A stretch of DNA of 64,000 nt from an uncultured Actinomycetes bacterium (GCA_963763265.1 CAVXNN010000001.1:184949-248948), one strand, 5' to 3'; shown: positions 19,015 to 28,679, numbered from the stretch's first letter. Program-made: numbers and translations. Notes: a model not told the origin generated them from the sequence alone.

Positions 19015-20316
19015 TTAGGCGTCCGAACGGACGGAACCGCTGATCCGCACCGCCTCGATCCGGTTCTCGCGCACCGCCTCGACCCGCAGCGTGTAGCCGT
19101 CGACGCTGATCGAGTCGCCCCGTTTGGGCAGCCGCCCGAGCTCGCCGAAGACGTAGCCGCCGACCGAGTTGTAGGTGTCGGAGTCGGCGGGCAGCTGGAT
19201 GCCCGCGTCCTCGAGGTCGCCGAGGCTGACGTGCCCGCGCACGAACCAGTCGCCGTTGGTGAGCCGCCGCACCGCCGCGGCGCGCGGGTCGGTCTCGTCC
19301 TCGATCTCCCCCACCACCTCCTCGAGGATGTCCTCGACGGTGACGATCCCGACCGTGCGGCCGTACTCGTCGACCACCACCGAGAGCGAGGTCCGCTGCA
19401 CCTGCAGGTCGTGCAGGAGGTCGTCGAGCGGCCGCGTCTCGGGGACGATCAGGGCGTCGCGGATCACCGTCTCGATCGTCGCCTCCGGCCCGTCGCTCAT
19501 ATAGAGGCGGGCGAGGCTGTTGTTGTGGACGACGCCCTTGACCCGGTCGGGGTTGTCGTCCTCGATCACCACCAGCCGCGTGTGGCCGGAGGTGACGCAG
19601 CGCCGCAGGGCCGCCTCGACCGTCTCGTCGGCGTCGACCGTGACGACCGCGGGGATCGGCGTCATCACCTCGCGCGCCTCCTGCTCGTGGAGGTGGAAGA
19701 CGCCGCCCAGCATCCCCGCCTCGCCGGGGTCGAGGCCGCCCTGCTTGGCACCCCGGGCGATGATCAGGCGCAGCTCCTCCGGCGAGGTCTCCTCGACGTC
19801 CTCGGTGCTGAGCCGCAGCACCCGCTGCACGAGGAAGTTGGCGGGCGCGTTGGTGGCGACGATCAGCGGGTGCAGCATCCGACCGGTGAACACCAGCGGC
19901 CCGGTGACCTTGATCAGGACGCTCTCGGGGCGACCGATCGCGATCATCTTCGGCGACTGCTCGCCGAGGATCACGTGCAGGAAGGTGACGATGACGAAGG
20001 CGAGCGCGATCGCCAGGCCCAACGCCACCGCGTGGGCGGCGAAGCCGGTGAAGAGCGGTTCCAGCAGCTCGGCGAGGGCCGGCTCGCCGAGGAAGCCGAT
20101 GCCGAGCGAGGCGAGCGTGATCCCGACCTGGCTGGTGGCGACGAACTCGTCGACCCGGTCGATCTGCTCGAGCGCCCGCCCGGCGCCCCGCACGCCACCA
20201 TCGCGCATCTGCTCGAGCCGCGAGCGGCGGGAACGCACCACGGCGAACTCGGCCGCGACGTAGAAGCCGTTGACCGCGATCAGCAGCAGAAGGAAGACGA
20301 GCAGGAGGATGCTCAT
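19015..20316 (-). CDS. hemolysin-family / CNNM (DUF21-CBS-CorC_HlyC) transporter-associated protein
   Basis: 433 aa with an N-terminal 4-TM DUF21, a CBS pair and a C-terminal CorC/HlyC domain (DGYTLRVEAVRENRI). Confidence 0.85.
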   Translation of the reverse strand: MSILLLVFLLLLIAVNGFYVAAEFAVVRSRRSRLEQMRDGGVRGAGRALEQIDRVDEFVATSQVGITLASLGIGFLGEPALAELLEPLFTGFAAHAVALGLAIALAFVIVTFLHVILGEQSPKMIAIGRPESVLIKVTGPLVFTGRMLHPLIVATNAPANFLVQRVLRLSTEDVEETSPEELRLIIARGAKQGGLDPGEAGMLGGVFHLHEQEAREVMTPIPAVVTVDADETVEAALRRCVTSGHTRLVVIEDDNPDRVKGVVHNNSLARLYMSDGPEATIETVIRDALIVPETRPLDDLLHDLQVQRTSLSVVVDEYGRTVGIVTVEDILEEVVGEIEDETDPRAAAVRRLTNGDWFVRGHVSLGDLEDAGIQLPADSDTYNSVGGYVFGELGRLPKRGDSISVDGYTLRVEAVRENRIEAVRISGSVRSDA

Positions 20317-20424
20317 CGGCTATGCGGCCCGATACTTCGGGCTGGAACGTCCTCGGCCATTCGGCAATTCCAATATAGCCGGCTTTCCCGCGGATCCTCG
20401 CGGAGGCTGCATACTGCGGGACAG

Positions 20425-20994
20425 ATGATGAAGGTCGCGACCCTCACCGAGATGCTCGAAGAGGTCGTCCGCCTGGGCGAAACGACCGATACCGGCGAGC
20501 AGGCCCACGAGCTGCGCGGCGAACTGGAGGGCCGCCTGGCGACCGTGCGAGCGGCCGTGGCCGGTGCCACCGTGCCCCGCGTGGTGGTGCTCGAGCGGCT
20601 GGTCGAGCCGCCCCGCGTCGCGGGCCTCTGGGTGCCGGAGATGATCGCGATCGCGGGCGGCGAGGACGTCGCCGGCGATCCCGGCCTGGCGCCGGCCGAG
20701 GTTTCCTGGGGCGAGCTCGCGGGCCTCTGCCCCGACGTCGTGATCGTGATGGTCGACGGCTACCTGGAGGACGTCCAGGCGCAGGCGATGGAGGTCTGGG
20801 AGCACATCGAGAGCCTCGGCGCCGGGCGCGTCTTCGCGGTCGCCGCCCAGGGCGCCTTCGCCGATCCCGGCCCGCGCCTGATCGACGGTGTCGAGCTGGT
20901 CGCCCACCTCCTCCACCCGGACCTGATGGACGCGCCCGGCAACACGCCCTACGTCCGCCTTCGCTCGCCGGCCCCGCGGCCCGCCCAGGCGTAG
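20425..20994 (+). CDS. BtuF/FhuD-type periplasmic-binding-protein-like protein, C-terminal lobe only
   Basis: The ATG at 20425 lies within track ORF 19231..20994. GLWVPEMIAIAGGEDV...VSWGEL...PDVVIVM...GRVFAV...DPGPRLIDGVELVAHLLHP matches the C-lobe of cobalamin/siderophore binding proteins. No signal peptide or N-lobe is present. Confidence 0.55.
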   Translation: MMKVATLTEMLEEVVRLGETTDTGEQAHELRGELEGRLATVRAAVAGATVPRVVVLERLVEPPRVAGLWVPEMIAIAGGEDVAGDPGLAPAEVSWGELAGLCPDVVIVMVDGYLEDVQAQAMEVWEHIESLGAGRVFAVAAQGAFADPGPRLIDGVELVAHLLHPDLMDAPGNTPYVRLRSPAPRPAQA

Positions 20995-21045
20995 CGGCGG
21001 CCCCCCACGGCGAGCTCGCGCTGATCGACGATATCGGCCACCGCC

Positions 21046-21888
21046 TCAGGCGACGGCGAGCGCCAGCACGAAGCTGAGCACGCCGATCGCGCCCATCGCG
21101 ACGACCTCGATCGCGAGGCGGTCGCGGCGGCTGCCGTGCCCGAACTGTCCGCGCTCGCCGGCGACCACGATCAGGCCGCAGATCACCCCGGAGACCAGCC
21201 CGCCGACATGGGCGCCGATGCTGATCCCCGCCTGGGCGAAGGTGAAGATCAGGTTGAAGATGATCAGGAAGCCGATCTGGCCGGCGATCTGGTCGAGGTT
21301 GCGGCCGCGGGCGATGATGAAGGTCGCCCCGAGCAGGCCGAAGATCGCCCCGGAGGCGCCGGCGCTGACCGCGTCGGGGCTGAACCAGAGGGCGACGAAG
21401 GAGCCCGCGACGAGGGTCACGAAATAGAGGACGACGAAGCGCGCCGTCCCGATCGCCGGCTCCAGCAGCCGGCCGATGATGAACAGCAGCAGCATGTTGA
21501 AGCCGATGTGCATGATGCTGACGTGCACGAAGCCGCTGGTGAAGATCCGCCACCAGTCGCCCAGCTCGCTCACCGCGGGCCCGAACAGGCCGCCCATTTC
21601 GTAGATGTCGACGGTGCTGAGGCCGCCGAGCCCGCCCGCGCTGCGGGCGATCTCGACCAGGAAGACGACCACGTTGATCGCGATCAGCACGATCGTCCCC
21701 GGATAGGCGCCGAAGCCGCTAACCGTCCCGGTCGGGTTGCGGACCACGCGGGTGCGCTGGCTCGCGCACTCCGGGCAGCGCATGCCGACCGGGGTCGGGG
21801 TCATGCAGTCGGGGCAGATGGGCCGCCCACAGGAGGAGCAGGAGACGTTGGTCTCCCGGTTCGGATGCCGGTAACAGGTTTGGGCCAC
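21046..21888 (-). CDS. rhomboid family intramembrane serine protease with N-terminal zinc ribbon
   Basis: 280 aa with CYRHPNRETNVSCSSCGRPICPDC, the rhomboid motifs GASGAIFG and GAHVGG, and 6 TM helices. Confidence 0.85.
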   Translation of the reverse strand: MAQTCYRHPNRETNVSCSSCGRPICPDCMTPTPVGMRCPECASQRTRVVRNPTGTVSGFGAYPGTIVLIAINVVVFLVEIARSAGGLGGLSTVDIYEMGGLFGPAVSELGDWWRIFTSGFVHVSIMHIGFNMLLLFIIGRLLEPAIGTARFVVLYFVTLVAGSFVALWFSPDAVSAGASGAIFGLLGATFIIARGRNLDQIAGQIGFLIIFNLIFTFAQAGISIGAHVGGLVSGVICGLIVVAGERGQFGHGSRRDRLAIEVVAMGAIGVLSFVLALAVA

Positions 21889-21915
21889 GGGGAGAGCAGC
21901 CTACAATCGCGCCCG

Positions 21916-22350
21916 ATGGAGCCCCCCGGCCCCGCCCGCCTCTACGCGACCGCGACCGGCGCGCTGCTCGTCCTGCTCGGCATCGTCGGCTACTTCTACG
22001 GCTCCTCGTTCGGCTCGCCGGGCACCCTCGACCACACGCTCGGCGCCCTGCGCACCAACGGCTGGGGCAACCTGCTCTGGATCGTCCTCGGCGCGCTCGG
22101 CCTGCTGCTCGCCGGGACCGCCTCGCGCGCCTACGCGCTCGGCGCGGGACTGCTGCTGACCGTGCTCGCCGTCTGGGGCCTCGTCCTCGACCCCGGCGCG
22201 GCGATCCTCGGCTTCCTCCCCGCCGCCGGCGCCGACGAATCCCTCAACCTGACCCTTGGCATCCTCGGCCTCCTGGCGGCCGCCGGAACTCCTCGCGCGG
22301 CCCGTCGGACGTTCGTGGGACCCCCGAGCGAACCTCCCCGCAGTTCGTGA
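21916..22350 (+). CDS. DUF4383-like small membrane protein
   Basis: The ATG at 21916 lies within track ORF 21136..22350. 144 aa with four hydrophobic helices. The TNGWGNLLWIVLGALGL segment resembles DUF4383. Confidence 0.5.
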   Translation: MEPPGPARLYATATGALLVLLGIVGYFYGSSFGSPGTLDHTLGALRTNGWGNLLWIVLGALGLLLAGTASRAYALGAGLLLTVLAVWGLVLDPGAAILGFLPAAGADESLNLTLGILGLLAAAGTPRAARRTFVGPPSEPPRSS

Positions 22351-22390
22351 GCGAGGGGGTCCCACGAACGTCCCGCCCCTCCCCCCGGGA

Positions 22391-22732
22391 TTAGAACCGG
22401 TCCCGCACCCCGGCGGCAAGCCCCTTGATGCCGCTCGCCTGCCTGCCCCGCCGCCGCAGCTCGAAGAGCACCAGAGCCCCGGTCGCCACGCCGCCGACCC
22501 CGACCGCGACCACCGGCCGCACCCAGTTGCGCGGGTCGCGCAGCGCCCGCAGCTCCGACTCGGAGAGCTCCCCGGCCCAATCCGACAACTCGCTCGCCGC
22601 CGCCGCCGAGAGCGCGGTGAAGGTGTTCTCGATCCGCCCCGAGACTCGCTCCGGTGGCTCGATCGGCCGCAGCGCGTCGCCCAGCAGCGCCTCGACGTCC
22701 CAGGTCGCCTCCCCCTGCTCATCCCTGCTCAT
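22391..22732 (-). CDS. putative membrane-anchored anti-sigma factor
   Basis: 113 aa. It overlaps the stop of the upstream ECF sigma gene. Acidic N-terminus and one TM helix (VVAVGVGGVATGALVLF). Confidence 0.45.
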   Translation of the reverse strand: MSRDEQGEATWDVEALLGDALRPIEPPERVSGRIENTFTALSAAAASELSDWAGELSESELRALRDPRNWVRPVVAVGVGGVATGALVLFELRRRGRQASGIKGLAAGVRDRF

Positions 22733-23285
22733 CGCCCATCTCCTCCTGCAGCTGCTTGATCGCGCGATGTATCAACACCTTCGTGGCGCCGTCGGACCGA
22801 CCGAGCGCCCGCGCGATCTCGCGGTTGTCCATCCCCAGCGCGAAGCGCATGATCAGCGCCTCGCGGCGGTCGTCGGAGAGGTTGTCGAGGTTGGCCATCA
22901 CCTGGCGCAGCTCCTCGCGCCCGGCGACCAGCGCCTCGGTGTCGTGGCGCGTCGCGATCGGGTCGGCGCTGTCGAGCGGCGTCTGCGGGCGGCGTGAGCG
23001 GTCCCGGTAGTAGTTGGAGGCCAGGTTGTGGGCGATCCGGATCAGCCACGGCCGCAGCGGCCGGCCGTCGGACTCGCGCCGCGCCCGGTCGAAGTGCCGG
23101 TAGGCCTGCAGGAACGCCTGCTCGGTGAGGTCCTCGGCGTCGTGGTGGTTGCCCACCCGGTAGTAGGCGTAGGAGTAGACGTCGCGCAGGTGGGCCCGGT
23201 AGAAGTCCTCGAAGGCGCGGTCGAGCTCCGCCTTCGCCGCCGGGGACAACTGCGCGGGCTCGACGTTCTCCTCGGGGCCGCTCAC
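22719..23285 (-). CDS. ECF-type RNA polymerase sigma-70 family factor
   Basis: 188 aa with region 2 (DAEDLTEQAFLQAYRHF, WLIRIAHNLASNYYR) and a region 4 HTH (REIARALGRSDGATKVLIHRAIKQL). Confidence 0.85.
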   Translation of the reverse strand: MSGPEENVEPAQLSPAAKAELDRAFEDFYRAHLRDVYSYAYYRVGNHHDAEDLTEQAFLQAYRHFDRARRESDGRPLRPWLIRIAHNLASNYYRDRSRRPQTPLDSADPIATRHDTEALVAGREELRQVMANLDNLSDDRREALIMRFALGMDNREIARALGRSDGATKVLIHRAIKQLQEEMGDEQG

Positions 23286-23345
23286 CGCCCAAGCCTAGAT
23301 GAGGGGTCGAGCCTCGCGGCCCGGTGATCGCCGCGCCGGGCGCCA

Positions 23346-25034
23346 TCATGCCGCCTGCCTGGCGCGCTCCGCCTTGCGCAGCCCGGCCACCCAGTCCTGC
23401 GGCGCTACCTCGCCGCGGATCAGCTTCGCGAGGCCCTCGAGCGCCTCGCCGCGCACCCCCGAGCCGGCGACCGCGTCGGCCAGCAGCGGCGTCGTGTCGA
23501 GCCCCTCGGAGGCCTGGCCGATCAGCGCCGGGATCTCGTCGGCCGGGGTGCCGGTGCCGAGCAGCTCCCCCGCCCGCCGGTTGCGCCCGGTCGGCGCCAG
23601 CATCGAGGCGGTCAGGTCTCCGACCCCGGCGAGCCCGCTGAAGGTCTCCCGCTCGGCGCCGCGCGCCAGCCCGCAGGCGATGCACTCGCGCCAGATCTCG
23701 GCGACCGCGATCCCCGCCGCGTTCATCCCGTGCGGCTCGGCGGCAGCGGCGGCCAGCGCGGCGGCGTTCTTGGCGGCGCCCGCCATCTCCACCCCGACCA
23801 CGTCGGGGGAGCGCTCGCAGAAGAGGCCGGCCCGGTCGAAGACCTCGCCCAGCTGGGCGCGCAGGTCGGGGTCGGCGGAGCCGAGCACCAGAGCCGCCGA
23901 CCCGGAGACCGCCTCGGCCGCGTGCGCCGGGCCGCCCAGGCAGGCGATCGCCCGGGCCAGCACCCGTTCGCCGACGTACTCGGAGGGCAACTGCCCCTGC
24001 GGCGCGATCAGGCCCTTGGTGAGCAGCAGGATCGAGGAGCGGCTGCCGGCCCGGTCGGCGATCGCGCCGACCGCGGTGGGCAGCGATTTGGAGGGGATCG
24101 CGAGGATGATCAGGTCGAGGCCGGCCAGCTCGATGTTGGCCGCCGCGCGGACGTCGATCGCGTCGGGCAGCGGCACGCCCGGCAGGTAGCGGCGGTTTTC
24201 GCCGTCCTCGATCAGCTCCGCGGTGCGGGCCGCGGTGCGGGCGCCGAGCTGCACCTCCAGGCCGCCGCGGGCGAGCAGCACGGCGATCGCCGTCCCCCAG
24301 CTGCCGGCGCCGATCACCGCCGCCCGCCGCATCGGCGGCAGCCCTCCCAGGTCTTCCCACTGCAGGAGCACGTTCGGCCAGATCCGCGCGGTGACCGTTT
24401 CGGCCAGCTGCTGTGAGGGCTCCTCGGACTGCGGGAAGGTCATCGCCTTGCCCACCCGGACCCTCACCTTGCGCGGCCGGATCCGCCAGCCGCGACGCAC
24501 GTGTTCGGTGCCGAGCACCGCGGTCGGCAGGACCGGAGCGCCGGTCTGCAGGGCCAGACGACCGACCCCGCGGCGCGGGTTGGCGAGGCTGCCGCTGCGG
24601 ATCCGGGTCCCCTCCGGGAAGATGCAGAGCGTGCCGCCCCGCTCGACGATCAGGCGGGCGGTCTCCATCGAGTCGGCGTCGGACTCCCCGCGGCGGATCG
24701 GGAAGGCGCCGAGCCGCGAGAGGAACCAGGCCTGCAGCGGGTTGCCGAACAGCTCGACCTTGGCGACGTAGTTCATCGGCCGCCGCCAGGGCAGGCAGGC
24801 GCCGACCACGAAGGGGTCGAGGAAGCTGCGGTGGTTGGCGGCGACGATCAGCCCGCCCTTGACGCTGCGGGCGTGCGCGCGGCCGGTCCGCGAGAGCCGG
24901 AAGTAGACGAGGAAGAAGGGGACGAAGAGCAGCCGGACGGCTACGTAGAGCGGCCAGTTGACGCTGTGCTTGCGGGTATAGGCGTGCAGCGCTGCGAGGC
25001 GCTCGTCGGGGATCACGCCATCGGCTACACGCAT
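23346..25034 (-). CDS. fusion protein: 1-acyl-sn-glycerol-3-phosphate acyltransferase (PlsC-like) plus NAD(P)H-dependent glycerol-3-phosphate dehydrogenase (GpsA)
   Basis: A single 562-aa frame. The N-terminal part has the acyltransferase motifs NHRSFLD and FPEGTR. The C-terminal part starts with AVIGAGSWGTAIAVLLA and runs through GpsA-like sequence (GVEMAGAAKN, GLAGVGDL). Confidence 0.8.
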   Translation of the reverse strand: MRVADGVIPDERLAALHAYTRKHSVNWPLYVAVRLLFVPFFLVYFRLSRTGRAHARSVKGGLIVAANHRSFLDPFVVGACLPWRRPMNYVAKVELFGNPLQAWFLSRLGAFPIRRGESDADSMETARLIVERGGTLCIFPEGTRIRSGSLANPRRGVGRLALQTGAPVLPTAVLGTEHVRRGWRIRPRKVRVRVGKAMTFPQSEEPSQQLAETVTARIWPNVLLQWEDLGGLPPMRRAAVIGAGSWGTAIAVLLARGGLEVQLGARTAARTAELIEDGENRRYLPGVPLPDAIDVRAAANIELAGLDLIILAIPSKSLPTAVGAIADRAGSRSSILLLTKGLIAPQGQLPSEYVGERVLARAIACLGGPAHAAEAVSGSAALVLGSADPDLRAQLGEVFDRAGLFCERSPDVVGVEMAGAAKNAAALAAAAAEPHGMNAAGIAVAEIWRECIACGLARGAERETFSGLAGVGDLTASMLAPTGRNRRAGELLGTGTPADEIPALIGQASEGLDTTPLLADAVAGSGVRGEALEGLAKLIRGEVAPQDWVAGLRKAERARQAA

Positions 25035-25123
25035 CCCGGCGCCCGGTTACTGCCTGCGCCGGGCTGTGCCTCGGGCCGGCAGGCCGGCGACCGGTGACGC
25101 GGGACGGTCCGGCGGCGTCGGGC

Positions 25124-26038
25124 TCAGGACGGCGCGGCGCGCGGGTTGACGACCGGGCGCAGGCGCGGCTCGACCTCCTCGCGCAGGTGCTCGAAGTCGG
25201 GCGGCAGGGAGAGCCGCTCGCCGAGGTGCTCGAGCGGCTCGTCGACCGTGAAGCCGGGGCCGATCGTGGCGATCTCGAACAGCACCCCGCTCGGCTCGCG
25301 GAAGTAGATGGACTTGAAGTAGAAGCGGTCGATCTCCTCGGTGGGATGGGCGCCCGCGGTGACCGCCCGGTCGCGCCAGGCCAGGTGCTCGGCGGGGGCC
25401 GCGGCCCAGGCGACGTGGTGGACGGAGCCGGCGCCCTGCACCCCCGGCGCGGCCGGCGGCGGGTCGAAGATGTAGAGGCCGCCGCGCTCGGCGCCGCGCG
25501 CCTCCCAGCCCGCCGCGGTCGGCTCGAACTCGAGCGCCTCGAGCAGCTCGCTGCTCTCCTCCGGCGCGGCAGCGTAGGCGCGCACCGCGTGAAAGCCCTG
25601 CAGGGCCAGCTCGCGGGGGACCTCGGGGTGGTCGGCGAGCAGCGGCGCGTCGGGAACGTCGGCGACCAGCAGCTCGTGGTCGAGGCCCTCGGGATCGGCG
25701 AAGCCCAGCGCGTCGCCCTCGCGGCGGGTCTCGATCCCGTGGGCGCCGAGCCGCCCGGCCCAGAAGTCGAGCGCCTCCGGCGTCGCGACCCGCCAGACGA
25801 TCCGGTGCACCATCCCCGCTCCCGGCCGGCCGCGCTCGGTCCCCGGGTGCTCGAAGAAGGTCAGGTCGGAGCCGGGGTCGCCCGCCTCGTCGGCGAAGAA
25901 CAGGTGGTAGACGGTCGGCCTGTCCTGGTTCACCGTCTTCTTCACCAGCCGCAGGCCCATCACCCCCGCGTAGAAGTCGACGTTGCGCTGCGCGTCCGCG
26001 GTGATCGCGGTGATGTGGTGGATCCCCTCCAGCTTCAT
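25124..26038 (-). CDS. VOC-family ring-cleaving dioxygenase-like protein
   Basis: 304 aa. The N-terminus is MKLEGIHHITAITADAQRNVDFYAGVMGLRLVKKTVNQD, with two glyoxalase/VOC modules. Confidence 0.75.
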   Translation of the reverse strand: MKLEGIHHITAITADAQRNVDFYAGVMGLRLVKKTVNQDRPTVYHLFFADEAGDPGSDLTFFEHPGTERGRPGAGMVHRIVWRVATPEALDFWAGRLGAHGIETRREGDALGFADPEGLDHELLVADVPDAPLLADHPEVPRELALQGFHAVRAYAAAPEESSELLEALEFEPTAAGWEARGAERGGLYIFDPPPAAPGVQGAGSVHHVAWAAAPAEHLAWRDRAVTAGAHPTEEIDRFYFKSIYFREPSGVLFEIATIGPGFTVDEPLEHLGERLSLPPDFEHLREEVEPRLRPVVNPRAAPS

Positions 26039-26061
26039 CGGCCACGTATACCATCCAGCCG

Positions 26062-27522
26062 ATGAAGCCCTGGCGACGGCGGACGGTCAAAGGGCTCCTT
26101 GCGCTCGGTGCCCTGCTCGCCTTCCTCAGCGTGTTCTCGATCTGGGTCGAGCGGCAGGCCCTCGACACCAACGAGTGGGTCACCACCTCGGGTCGGCTGA
26201 TCCAGAATCCGCAGATCCGCAGCGCGCTCGGCGAGTACCTGGTCGAACAGCTGTACGAAAACGTCGACGTCAAGCGGGAACTGGAAGACATCCTGCCCGG
26301 GCAGATCAAGGAACTGGCCGGGCCGGCGGCGGGCGGGCTGCGCCAGGTCGCGGGCACGGCGGCGGAAAAGGTGCTGGAAACCGGGGCGGCGCAGACCGCC
26401 TGGGAAACCGCGAACCGCACCGCGCACCAGCAGTTGCTGGCGGTGCTGGAAAACAAGAAAGAAGGCGTCTCCACCGCCAACGGGGAAGTCACCCTCAACC
26501 TCGGCACGCTGCTGACGAACCTGGCGGGCGAAGTGGGCATCGGCCAGTCGCTGGCCGAAAAGCTGCCGCCGGAAGCGGGCAAGATCACGATCCTGCAGTC
26601 CGAACAGCTGAAGACGGCGCAGGACATCGTGATCGCGATCAAGGGGCTGGCCCTGATCCTCTCGATCCTCACCTTCCTCGTCTTCGCCCTGGCGATCTAC
26701 CTCACCCAGGGCGGCCGCTGGGTCACCGTGCTGTTCAGCGGCGTGTCCCTGATCGTCGCCGGCCTGCTGGTGCTGGTGCTGCGGCACGTCGCGGGCGGCA
26801 TCGTCGTCGATCAGCTGGTGAGCCAGCAGAACATCAAGCCGGCGGCCGAAGCGGCCTGGTCGATCGGCACCTCGCTGATGGTCTCGATCGCGACCACGGT
26901 GCTGGTCGTCGGCGTGCTCTTCGCGGCGGCCGGCTGGCTCTCCTCGCCGACCGGCTCGGCGCGCGGCACCCGGCGCGTGCTGGCCCCGGCGCTCAGCCGC
27001 TACCTCCCCTACTGCTACGGCGCGCTGGCGGCGATCCTCGCCGTCTACCTGCTGTCGGCCTCGGGGGTCGGGCTGCGGATCTTCCTCACCGTGGTGGTGA
27101 TCGGCGGGATGGCCGCCTTCGGGCTCCACGAGCTGAGCAAGCAGACCGGCGAGGAATTCCCGGGCCTCACCTACGGCGAGGTCTTCGGGCCGACCCGCAG
27201 ACGGATCGCGACCGCGGTGTCGGACGCCAACATCGGCGAGCGCGCCTCGAAGATCAAGTTGCCGGAGATGCGACGGCCGAGCGGCATGAGCCTGCCGGAC
27301 GTGCGCCGCGGCGGCGATCGCGGCGGCCGGGCCGGTGGCGGGCCGCCGCCCGCCGCGCCGCCGGCCGAGGGGCCCGCCGCGGTGCCGACCGAGGCGCCGA
27401 CCGAGATCCTCGGCGACGAGGACGCCCGCTTGGCGCGTCTCGAACGGCTCGGCGCGCTGCACCAGAAGGGCGTGCTCAGCGACGAGGAGTTCGCGGCCGA
27501 GAAGGCCCGCCTGCTCAAGTAG
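26062..27522 (+). CDS. multi-pass membrane protein with C-terminal SHOCT domain
   Basis: 486 aa with an N-terminal TM helix, an extracytoplasmic helical region and 5-6 central TM helices. The C-terminal LERLGALHQKGVLSDEEFAAEKARLL is a SHOCT signature. Confidence 0.7.
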   Translation: MKPWRRRTVKGLLALGALLAFLSVFSIWVERQALDTNEWVTTSGRLIQNPQIRSALGEYLVEQLYENVDVKRELEDILPGQIKELAGPAAGGLRQVAGTAAEKVLETGAAQTAWETANRTAHQQLLAVLENKKEGVSTANGEVTLNLGTLLTNLAGEVGIGQSLAEKLPPEAGKITILQSEQLKTAQDIVIAIKGLALILSILTFLVFALAIYLTQGGRWVTVLFSGVSLIVAGLLVLVLRHVAGGIVVDQLVSQQNIKPAAEAAWSIGTSLMVSIATTVLVVGVLFAAAGWLSSPTGSARGTRRVLAPALSRYLPYCYGALAAILAVYLLSASGVGLRIFLTVVVIGGMAAFGLHELSKQTGEEFPGLTYGEVFGPTRRRIATAVSDANIGERASKIKLPEMRRPSGMSLPDVRRGGDRGGRAGGGPPPAAPPAEGPAAVPTEAPTEILGDEDARLARLERLGALHQKGVLSDEEFAAEKARLLK

Positions 27523-27613
27523 GCCGGCGTGCGCCTCTCCTCCTCCCTGAACGAGACCGCCCGGGGGGTGCGCGTCGGCGGGCCGGACGGGGACCTCCCC
27601 TAGGGTCCGCACG

Positions 27614-28057
27614 ATGCGCAGGCGGCTCATCCCTGTCCTCCTCGCGGCGTTCGCGCTCGCCGTCGCCCTCGCCTCCTGCGGCGGGGGCTCGTCGACGACC
27701 GGGGGGAAGACGACGACGGGCAAGGCCCCTCCGAAGCCGGGGCGAACCCTGCTGCCCGCCGTGACCGGCGACCGCCACTTCGTCGAGCCGGTCGCCTACC
27801 GCCTCACCGCCGAAGGCGAGCTGATCGCCAAGGGGCTCGAGTGGCACGGCTGGGGAGAAGCGAAGGCGACCGCGGTCGGAAAGCTCGTCGAGCGGCCGGC
27901 CTCCGGCCTCGTCGACACCTTCTCCGGCAGCGTCACCGCCTCGGCGCCACGCACCTGCCACGGCGCTCGCTACTACACCGAGGTCTTCGCCCACCTGCCC
28001 AAGCAGGCCCCCTTCGTCCCGACCGAGCCGACGAAGCTGACGACGCCCTGCGGCTGA
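27614..28057 (+). CDS. hypothetical lipoprotein
   Basis: 147 aa with a signal peptide and lipobox (LAVALASCGGG). Confidence 0.6.
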   Translation: MRRRLIPVLLAAFALAVALASCGGGSSTTGGKTTTGKAPPKPGRTLLPAVTGDRHFVEPVAYRLTAEGELIAKGLEWHGWGEAKATAVGKLVERPASGLVDTFSGSVTASAPRTCHGARYYTEVFAHLPKQAPFVPTEPTKLTTPCG

Positions 28058-28152
28058 GCGGCGCGGCGCGAGCCTTCCGGGGTTCGGAACTCCGCTATGG
28101 CGCAAGTTTCGAACACCGCGGCGCTCCCCGCCGGGCGATAGGGTTGACACCG

Positions 28153-28578
28153 ATGTCGGACCCCAACGTGACAACCGCCGCGATCAAGCCCGGGGAGGAA
28201 TTCCAGAAACTCCGCCGCGAACTGGGCGTCGAGAGCTTCGGGATCAACGCGATCACGCTCCGCCCGGGCCAGCGCAACCGGGTCCACATCCACACCGGTC
28301 AGGAAGAGGTCTACCTGGTGATCGACGGCGAGCTCACCCTCGTCGTCGAGGGCGAGCCGCTGAAGCTGACCGCCGGACAGCTGGCCCGCGTCGCCCCCTC
28401 GGTCCGCCGCCAGATCACCAACACGAGCGCCGCGCCGACCACCGTCGTCGCCCTCGGCGGCGCCGGCGAGCACGAATCCCGCGACGCCCTCGCCTGGACG
28501 TCCTGGGACGAAGGCGGCAAGGGCCGCTCCCCCGCCGACGTGCCGCTCCCCGGGGACCTCCCGGCCTCGGGCGCCTGA
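28153..28578 (+). CDS. cupin domain protein
   Basis: The ATG at 28153 lies within track ORF 27841..28578. Cupin motif NRVHIHTGQEEVYLVIDGE. Confidence 0.7.
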   Translation: MSDPNVTTAAIKPGEEFQKLRRELGVESFGINAITLRPGQRNRVHIHTGQEEVYLVIDGELTLVVEGEPLKLTAGQLARVAPSVRRQITNTSAAPTTVVALGGAGEHESRDALAWTSWDEGGKGRSPADVPLPGDLPASGA

Positions 28579-28641
28579 GCCCGGGCCGCGAGGCCCACCG
28601 CAGAAGCCGACCGGCGAGGCGCACGGCGGCGCATCGCGCCG

Positions 28642-28679
28642 AAAGCCCGCCGCCGGGATCGAACCGGCAACCTCCTGAT
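28642..28679. repeat. distal att site: displaced 3' fragment of tRNA-Thr (direct repeat copy 1)
   Basis: The exact 38-nt string AAAGCCCGCCGCCGGGATCGAACCGGCAACCTCCTGAT is also present at 41030-41067. No matching 5' tRNA half follows here. Confidence 0.85.
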
